DNA from: a virus
DNA: 64,000 bases
Strand: one strand, 5' to 3'
IMG/VR virus record: IMGVR_UViG_3300033388_002987
Location: 1 to 64,000 of that record
Shown here piece after piece: positions 57,644-64,000 of this stretch (position 1 is its first letter; each line of letters starts with the position of its first letter). The notes beneath the pieces were generated by a model. That model saw only the letters and a list, made by a program, of their open reading frames with translations, was not told where the DNA came from and did not search any database. Both the position numbers and the translations under genes were made by a program.

Positions 57644-58336
57644 ATGAACCAATTCCAATACACACTAGCTATGAATAAAATACCTACACTTAAAACTCAT
57701 AAAGCGAAAGAAGAATTTGCTAGGGAGATCTACGAAGTATTAGAGCCTCATGGTAAATGCTATTCTATGGATGTTAAAGACGACAACATACAAACTATAG
57801 TAAACGGGTATAAATGCCTTTGTGTAATAATACCTTTATGTACCAGTGCTAAAGGTTTACCACAATTTATAACTACCATACATGAGAACTGTCGTATAAG
57901 TTTACTAAGACGATGCACTAATACTAATAATATTACGTACGATGAGTATATTGATATGTTTCAATATGAGACTAATGAATTAAATTTTAGTAATGGGTAC
58001 CCTAGTAGTAGACAGCCATTTATTGACTTAATTGGAACTAACATTCAACCATATAAAATAGATCTAAATTTACGTGCAACAAATCAAGGCACTTATAGTG
58101 TACCATCATTTGATTTGTATACCCACAATCAATTACTGACTCTAGAAATGTATAAAGACCTAGCACTAAAAAGTAAAGTATTAACAGTAGTAGAAGATGA
58201 GTTAAAACGCCTTTATAGTCTAGTAGCTTCCCTAGACACTGCAGCTATGTTAACTGACTTAGACGATATAACACGCTCAGCTAATCTAATAACTAGTACC
58301 ATAAAGGCTCGCAATGAACAAGTTGGCACCATATAA
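57644..58336 (+). CDS. hypothetical protein
   Basis: AAGGA RBS. Confidence 0.6.
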   Translation: MNQFQYTLAMNKIPTLKTHKAKEEFAREIYEVLEPHGKCYSMDVKDDNIQTIVNGYKCLCVIIPLCTSAKGLPQFITTIHENCRISLLRRCTNTNNITYDEYIDMFQYETNELNFSNGYPSSRQPFIDLIGTNIQPYKIDLNLRATNQGTYSVPSFDLYTHNQLLTLEMYKDLALKSKVLTVVEDELKRLYSLVASLDTAAMLTDLDDITRSANLITSTIKARNEQVGTI

Positions 58337-59687
58337 GATACCATACGGACGCTACCTGAAATCAGGTGAGTACAGACCTCCAGGTAAGAAATCACTAAAG
58401 TGGTTCACAACCCCTCACAGAACTATTCACGTCACCCGTGAGGGTGACTACCAACAAGTAAAATACGAAGCCTTCAACCCTGGCTCACGCCATAACATCC
58501 GTCAATGGATGGAAGAGGACTTCGGCTATACATTCCCTTACTACACTCCCAAAGGTAACCCTAAAGTAGATGTAGATTCCCTAGAGAACATGCAACATCC
58601 TTCAGGTAAGCTCCTTAGACGTTACCTGAAGGTAACGAAAGACCAATCTCAAGTGGGAGGAGCCGACGGTTCACTAGTTAAAAACTACAATGAAACTCAG
58701 CGTACTGTAAAGTCAAGGACTGACACTAATGGAACGGTAACAGGCAGGTTCACTAGTAGCTCAATTAACTTAGCACAGATACCTGCACAACAAGAGTTCC
58801 GAGAACTTTTCAGGGCACCTCAAGGCTGGTCCTTCTTAGGAACAGACTTTAGTGGACAAGAGAACGTCAACCTAGCAGAAATGCTCTACCCATACGACGA
58901 TGGACGCCTAGCGGACATCATCGCCTCAGGTAACAAGGACGATGGTACAGACCTTCACTCCCTAAACGCTAAAGCCTGTGGCATCTCCCGTGGAGACGCT
59001 AAACCACTTTGGTTTGGATTCCTATACGGATCCTCTCCAACCTTAACAGGCTACACGTTACTAAAGCATGGCTTCTTTGCTGACTACACTCCTAAAGAGT
59101 TTACTGCTATGGAGAAGAAACTTAAACGTAGAGTAATCTCGCTAGACACTGGTGAATTCTACCCAATCAAGAAAGACGCACTAGTACCATTCAATAAACA
59201 GCTTATTATACAAGCGCTCTTTGGTGCTAAAGTACAAGCAGACCTTATTGCATCAACACATGGACTTGCAAGCCTCATTAAGAACTTAACTATGACAGCT
59301 AAGGCAAATGGGTATGTAACTATGTTTGGCGGCCGCAGGGTACCTATACGTCACGCTCACGCTACACTTAACTCACAACTACAAGGTATGGGTGCTGAAG
59401 CAATGAAGCACTACCTAGTATTCTATCACGAGGAAGCTAAGCGCCAAGGTTTACACCATGGCCAACACTTCAAACAAGAAGCTTGTATTTACGATGAGGT
59501 AGACTTAATAGTACGTGATGATAAACGCTTTGAAATAGCTGATATCCTCCAAGGTACTTACGAAAAGGTCTCCACACACTTAGGTATGAAATGTACTTAT
59601 ACAGGCGAGGTCCTCATAGGAGGTCACTCTAAAGACAAGCATGGCCCTAACGGCCTTGCTGATAACTCGTGGCAAGGATGTCACTAA
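58314..59687 (+). CDS. polA: DNA polymerase A (T7-like), C-terminal half: thumb, palm, fingers
   Basis: FNPGSRH, TNGTVTGR.TSS..NLAQIP, motif A DFSGQE, motif B R..AK...FGFLYG, motif C YDE. Confidence 0.93.
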   Translation: MNKLAPYKIPYGRYLKSGEYRPPGKKSLKWFTTPHRTIHVTREGDYQQVKYEAFNPGSRHNIRQWMEEDFGYTFPYYTPKGNPKVDVDSLENMQHPSGKLLRRYLKVTKDQSQVGGADGSLVKNYNETQRTVKSRTDTNGTVTGRFTSSSINLAQIPAQQEFRELFRAPQGWSFLGTDFSGQENVNLAEMLYPYDDGRLADIIASGNKDDGTDLHSLNAKACGISRGDAKPLWFGFLYGSSPTLTGYTLLKHGFFADYTPKEFTAMEKKLKRRVISLDTGEFYPIKKDALVPFNKQLIIQALFGAKVQADLIASTHGLASLIKNLTMTAKANGYVTMFGGRRVPIRHAHATLNSQLQGMGAEAMKHYLVFYHEEAKRQGLHHGQHFKQEACIYDEVDLIVRDDKRFEIADILQGTYEKVSTHLGMKCTYTGEVLIGGHSKDKHGPNGLADNSWQGCH

Positions 59688-59708
59688 CATTATTTAATAG
59701 GATATAAC

Positions 59709-60023
59709 ATGATAAGTAAAGAACTATTTAGTGCAGTAACCGGTATCCAATTAGAAAATGGTTTTGCTTATGATGGGTATAGTGATTTTCATCATATTAG
59801 TAAATGGAACATCCACGAACTTGCACACAAGTGCAAGGAGTGGGCTGCTAACAAAGGTTACTATATATCGTCATTCAGTGATTATACAGAAGACTGGTTC
59901 TGTAATATTAGATTCCCTGGTAAGGTTCCGTTTAGACAAACATTTATACATTTAAATGAGCCTGAAGCTATATTCGCAGCATGCGAATATATACTAAAGG
60001 AACAAAAAAAGGAATTACCGTGA
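59709..60023 (+). CDS. hypothetical phage protein
   Basis: NIHELAHKCKEWA..F..EPEAIFAACEYIL. Confidence 0.65.
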   Translation: MISKELFSAVTGIQLENGFAYDGYSDFHHISKWNIHELAHKCKEWAANKGYYISSFSDYTEDWFCNIRFPGKVPFRQTFIHLNEPEAIFAACEYILKEQKKELP

Positions 60024-60385
60024 ACCAATTTGATTACATAGTAGCTGTCGAGAAGATGAAGTCATTAGTTACCATTAAAAGTAAATCAATCTTTATTAAG
60101 GATATAAAAATTATTTGGAGCAACGTTAAAGGCATTACACCTTATAACATCCTTCTTATGGATACAGTAATGAATGAGTTTTTACCTGAAAAGATACCAG
60201 GAGCAGCTTCCTTACGAAATGCTATAAATGAATATGCTGGAAGGCTTACAGGTGACACCTCTATTTTAGATAACATAACTAAAACACCAGTTACTGGTAG
60301 TAATGATTACCACAGCTTCATGAGTAGCCCTGGAATCCCAGCTTATTTAAAACTAGCAGTATTAAAGGCAGAACATGGCAATTGA
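60020..60385 (+). CDS. hypothetical protein
   Basis: GTG 60020 after AAGGA. Confidence 0.55.
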   Translation: MNQFDYIVAVEKMKSLVTIKSKSIFIKDIKIIWSNVKGITPYNILLMDTVMNEFLPEKIPGAASLRNAINEYAGRLTGDTSILDNITKTPVTGSNDYHSFMSSPGIPAYLKLAVLKAEHGN

Positions 60386-60605
60386 TATACACTCAATGGA
60401 GCTACACGAGGTAGCTCACGAAGAAAAAGGTAATATTGAAATTACCCGCGTAGCTGGTGGGTGGCTATACTACTACTTATTTCGAAAAGAAACAATATTT
60501 GTTCCACGGCAAGATTCACAAAGCCCCATTCCCATGATCGACATCTACGGTGTGGAAAGTGTACTACGCGAAATCAAAGACATCATGTATCAAAGGACTT
60601 ACTAA
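60375..60605 (+). CDS. hypothetical protein
   Basis: Operon packing. Confidence 0.55.
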   Translation: MAIDIHSMELHEVAHEEKGNIEITRVAGGWLYYYLFRKETIFVPRQDSQSPIPMIDIYGVESVLREIKDIMYQRTY

Positions 60606-60760
60606 TGACACCAACTAAAACAGCTCAAGAAACCTTCGAGCAGATGACACCACAAGAGTTTATGCTAAACCCGCAACTACACGCTTGGTTCGTTGAAAAC
60701 GATGTACAAGAGTGTTTCAAAAACCATCCGTGCAACCAAGCACGTATAAAAGGAGCCTAA
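60605..60760 (+). CDS. hypothetical protein
   Basis: TAATG-coupled ATG at 60605. Confidence 0.5.
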   Translation: MTPTKTAQETFEQMTPQEFMLNPQLHAWFVENDVQECFKNHPCNQARIKGA

Positions 60761-61717
60761 ATGGCAAAGACTAATAAGAGAACTAAAAATATACTAAATA
60801 GTAACTGGAAAGATATCCTTACACGTAAAGCTGCTGGAGAGTCAACTACTAGTATAGCACAGCTATACGGTATCTCTAAACAAGCGCTAAGTGCTAGACT
60901 TAAAAAACAAGTAGTAACTACATCAATAGCTAATCCAACTCTAAAGATACTAACACTAGATATCGAGAACGCACCAATGATGTCATATCACTGGGGCTTA
61001 TGGCAACAAAATATAGGTCAACCAATGCGTCTAGACGGAGATCGTTCTTACATGATGACTGTAGCTGCAAAGTGGCTACACGAAGACAAGGTACATTACT
61101 TTGAAACTCGTAATGAAGACGATTCCAGCATAACTGCTGAAATCTTAAAGCTAGTTGATGAAGCTGATATTATAGTAGGGCATAACGCCCAGAAGTTTGA
61201 TATGAAGAAGATTAACGCTTACGCTATTCTTAACAAAATCCCACCACCATCCCCATACCGTGTAGTAGACACTATGCTAATTGCTAAGAAGCACTTCGCA
61301 TTTGAACGCAACACTCTAGACTACTTATCACACGCATTATGTTCTGAAACTAAATCAGCACATAAAGAGTTCCACGGCTTTGAGCTATGGAAGGAATGTA
61401 TGAAGGGCAACGACGCTGCTTGGGCCGAAATGAAGCACTACAACATCCAAGACGTTAGAGTAACAGAAGAACTATACCTAATCCTTCGCCCATGGGCTAA
61501 AGGCCACCCAAGTATTGTTACTACTACAGACTCTACTGTCCACAGATGTACATCATGTGGTTCTAAGAACGTTAGTACTGACGGTTACTCTATAACAAAT
61601 GTTAGTAAGTTCCAGAAGTACAAATGTAATGACTGTGGAAGTTTCTCACGTGGACGTAAAAACCTAGTAAGCAAAGCAGCTAGAGAAAAGCTACTTACTC
61701 CTGTAGCTAATGGCTAA
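60761..61717 (+). CDS. DnaQ/RNase H-like exonuclease with N-terminal HTH and C-terminal Zn ribbon
   Basis: LDIE, GHNAQKFD, DT, YNIQDV; CxxC..CxxC. Confidence 0.85.
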   Translation: MAKTNKRTKNILNSNWKDILTRKAAGESTTSIAQLYGISKQALSARLKKQVVTTSIANPTLKILTLDIENAPMMSYHWGLWQQNIGQPMRLDGDRSYMMTVAAKWLHEDKVHYFETRNEDDSSITAEILKLVDEADIIVGHNAQKFDMKKINAYAILNKIPPPSPYRVVDTMLIAKKHFAFERNTLDYLSHALCSETKSAHKEFHGFELWKECMKGNDAAWAEMKHYNIQDVRVTEELYLILRPWAKGHPSIVTTTDSTVHRCTSCGSKNVSTDGYSITNVSKFQKYKCNDCGSFSRGRKNLVSKAAREKLLTPVANG

Positions 61718-61916
61718 TTATGAAAAAGCAATTAAAGCTAGGATAAAACCTATAATCAACAAAGCTATTGAATTAATAGAACGTCAGGATGATGAGGCCT
61801 TCTTAGGAAGAATGCATATCCTTGCAGCGCAGATTCAAGGGGACGAAAGTGTTGATGCTGCAGTAGAGCTGGCTATTCTAGCACTTACCGCAGAAGAATT
61901 TGGTAAAATTAAATAA
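61710..61916 (+). CDS. hypothetical protein
   Basis: Operon packing. Confidence 0.55.
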   Translation: MANYEKAIKARIKPIINKAIELIERQDDEAFLGRMHILAAQIQGDESVDAAVELAILALTAEEFGKIK

Positions 61917-61925
61917 GGAAATAAA

Positions 61926-63332
61926 ATGCTAGACATCTACAAAGACAGTCTTGAAAAAGACGGGTGCTTCGACGTAACATACCCAAAGGTATTCGACGCA
62001 GCATCCAAGGTCATCCCTAGCAATATCCCAGAGAAAATGCGTATGTTAATGACCGCAACTGAACTAACAGTATTTGCTGGGCACTTACGTAAACCAATAA
62101 ACTGGCATGGTGCTAAGATACCAATCAACATCATAGCCTTCCTAGTAGGAGGCTCTGGTGCCGGTAAAGGCCTTTCAATTAAGAGTATCTCCTCTATCCT
62201 AGATGGAGGCAATAAGCAAATCAACACCAACAGAGAAGCCCACGCTAAACTCCTAGCAGTAGAAGACGCTGAAACTGACGGCAAGAAAGCCACTGACTGG
62301 CGTAAGTACTACTCTAAACCTCGCGACCTTAAATCAGCAATCTCTACCCTTCCAGGAACAATGAAGCATTTAGCGGCACTGGAACGTGGTAAACAAGGTG
62401 CTGGTTACATGTACGTCGATGAAATAGGTAGTGAACTTATTAGCAACAAAGACCTCTCTGAAAACATCATTGCCCTAGCCGTTGGCTACGACACTGGTGA
62501 AATAGCCCCTAAGATCCTTAAAGACGATAATAACCAAGTTGAAGGCATCAAAAACCTTCCATACTCTGCGTTAATGTTTGGTTCACCTATGAACATTATC
62601 TTTGATGAAGCTGTTAAACGCAAATTCAAAGAAGAGTTCTCAACTAAGCTATCTCGTAGATGCCATTTCTCCTTCATAACTGAAGAGACTAAAAGGCCTA
62701 CATTCAACTCAATAGAAGAGTCTCGTGAGTATGCTAAAGCAGAACGCATGCGCGTTCAGACAGCGTCAGCTGGCTTAGAGCCTTGGTTCACCGCATTAGC
62801 ATCTTCAACTACAAACATCCCTCTAGAAGTAGAAGAGGAAGTAGAAGAGTTATTCAGTGATTACCACGGCTACAATGAATGGTATGCAGATACTATCCCA
62901 AACCAATTTGCTATGACTAAACTCCACCGCTTACATTTACAATGGAAAAGCCTTAAAGTAGCGGGTGCAATAGCAATCCTAGAAGGTGTAGAAGTAATTA
63001 CTAAGCAACATCTCATCGAAGCAATACGCTTCTCTGAGATTTACGCTAATGACATTTATAACTTCGAGCAGGAACTTGAAAAGGAACCTTACGAATTATT
63101 TGCTGACTATATGATATCAATAGCTGAAAAAGGCTATGCTAATATATCCATCCATAAGCTTCGTAAAATGGGCTTTGTAAAGGGTACTGGCTCTGCTCAG
63201 AATAAGATGATTGAACTAATTGATCTTGCTAGGTCCTACGACGATCATAACAGATATCAATACGCGGAAGGCTACATCCACTTCTACGAAGAGGCATCTA
63301 TATCAGATGCTGACAGAGATGAGCTAGCATGA
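61926..63332 (+). CDS. DUF3987-type P-loop helicase (N4 gp43 N-terminal-like)
   Basis: GGSGAGKG Walker A, MYVDEIGS Walker B, LSRR; C-terminal winged-helix-like region. Confidence 0.75.
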   Translation: MLDIYKDSLEKDGCFDVTYPKVFDAASKVIPSNIPEKMRMLMTATELTVFAGHLRKPINWHGAKIPINIIAFLVGGSGAGKGLSIKSISSILDGGNKQINTNREAHAKLLAVEDAETDGKKATDWRKYYSKPRDLKSAISTLPGTMKHLAALERGKQGAGYMYVDEIGSELISNKDLSENIIALAVGYDTGEIAPKILKDDNNQVEGIKNLPYSALMFGSPMNIIFDEAVKRKFKEEFSTKLSRRCHFSFITEETKRPTFNSIEESREYAKAERMRVQTASAGLEPWFTALASSTTNIPLEVEEEVEELFSDYHGYNEWYADTIPNQFAMTKLHRLHLQWKSLKVAGAIAILEGVEVITKQHLIEAIRFSEIYANDIYNFEQELEKEPYELFADYMISIAEKGYANISIHKLRKMGFVKGTGSAQNKMIELIDLARSYDDHNRYQYAEGYIHFYEEASISDADRDELA

Positions 63333-63481
63333 TACAATTTAATAAACTAGTAGCATACGTTGAAAGTCGTTTGACCACTTCTGGGTTAACACTGTCAACC
63401 TATGGTAAAGGGGAAATGCTTAAACGTTTCAACAAAAAAGAATCTGAGGGTGGTTACTCTCAATACTGGAAAGAGTTATGA
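63329..63481 (+). CDS. hypothetical 50-aa protein
   Basis: Manual translation MIQFNKLVAYVESRL...; ATGA overlap. Confidence 0.45.
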   Translation: MIQFNKLVAYVESRLTTSGLTLSTYGKGEMLKRFNKKESEGGYSQYWKEL

Positions 63482-63529
63482 CAGTTGCCAAGAAACCATA
63501 TACACTAATAGTTTACTAAAGGAGCCATC

Positions 63530-64000
63530 ATGCAACACGGAGTAAGCTTCTTAGAAGTAGACAACTCAGCCATTCAGCAAGCAATTGCTGATAAGGCATC
63601 AAAAGACCACATAAGTTACCTTAAGCAATCAGTTGCGTTTAATGCAGTTTATGGGTTTCAATACCAAGAAGTCAGCTTCGCAGACTTATCTAATATCCTA
63701 GATCACGACTACGGGTTTACTCCTTTCAAATATCGCTCCGTAGAAGAAGGTGCTATCTACAACGTAGAAAAGCATCCTGAAGCATGGGGACGAGTTCGTG
63801 GACGTGACAACGTTAATGACTCAGTCACATGGCTCTGCCTCGATATAGATGAGACAACAATCACTGATGAAGAGCTTCACCAAATACTGGGTAAGCTTAA
63901 CCATCATATAGCTCGTACGTCAGATAAAACAAACCCATACAAATACCGTGTACTCTTAGAACTGGACCGTCCAGTTCATATGACTCATCATACTTGGAAA
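63530..64000 (+). CDS. AEP/prim-pol-like primase domain (partial)
   Basis: AAGGAG RBS; manual translation WLCLDID..HHIARTSD..KYRVLLELDRPV; runs off window. Confidence 0.75.
   Translation, partial: MQHGVSFLEVDNSAIQQAIADKASKDHISYLKQSVAFNAVYGFQYQEVSFADLSNILDHDYGFTPFKYRSVEEGAIYNVEKHPEAWGRVRGRDNVNDSVTWLCLDIDETTITDEELHQILGKLNHHIARTSDKTNPYKYRVLLELDRPVHMTHHTWK

Noticed and set aside
42250-58420. Split intein joining the PolA halves
   Set aside because: No N-terminal Cys/Ser block A and no penultimate His-Asn plus nucleophile at the ends of either half.
9971-62749. Minus-strand ORFs in the early/middle region (e.g. 16640, 19814, 35038, 39935, 56467, 61937)
   Set aside because: Antisense shadows of well-supported plus-strand genes.
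1-64000. CRISPR array, retron, DGR, transposase or integrase
   Set aside because: No regularly spaced direct repeats and no RT, DDE or tyrosine-recombinase motifs seen.
1-64000. Alternative genetic code
   Set aside because: Long conserved genes are intact under code 11, and TAA, TAG and TGA all terminate genes at sensible positions.

Overview
This 64-kb window is part of a lytic dsDNA phage genome with N4-like (Schitoviridae-like) organisation. AAGGA ribosome-binding sites and TTAAG...TATA(A/C)T promoters suggest a Campylobacterota host (inference). Bases 1-9000 (minus strand) hold late genes: tail/structural proteins, a holin/spanin-like cassette, terminase large subunit, an N4 gp69-like neighbour, and four tRNAs (Asn, Phe, Gln, Pro). 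A non-coding strand-switch region at about 9000-9800 probably contains the genome terminus. From 9800 onward (plus strand) are early/middle genes. The most unusual property is that the core enzymes are fragmented. The T7/N4-type RNA polymerase II is in three ORFs, one break holding a GIY-YIG endonuclease and flanked by acidic/basic helical tails. The family-A DNA polymerase is in two ORFs 16 kb apart, with no intein or intron motifs. The DUF3987 helicase and prim-pol domains are also in separate ORFs. The 16 kb between the polymerase halves carry an acidic DNA-mimic candidate, a ~1.5-kb ORF-free, hairpin-rich candidate giant ncRNA, an NAD salvage module (NMNAT, NUDIX, NAMPT), RNA ligase plus phosphoesterase, a second ~400-nt structured RNA, and an AAA/vWA pair whose ATPase is interrupted by a canonical group I intron with an HNH endonuclease. 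All family assignments come from motifs read by eye; no database searches were run.
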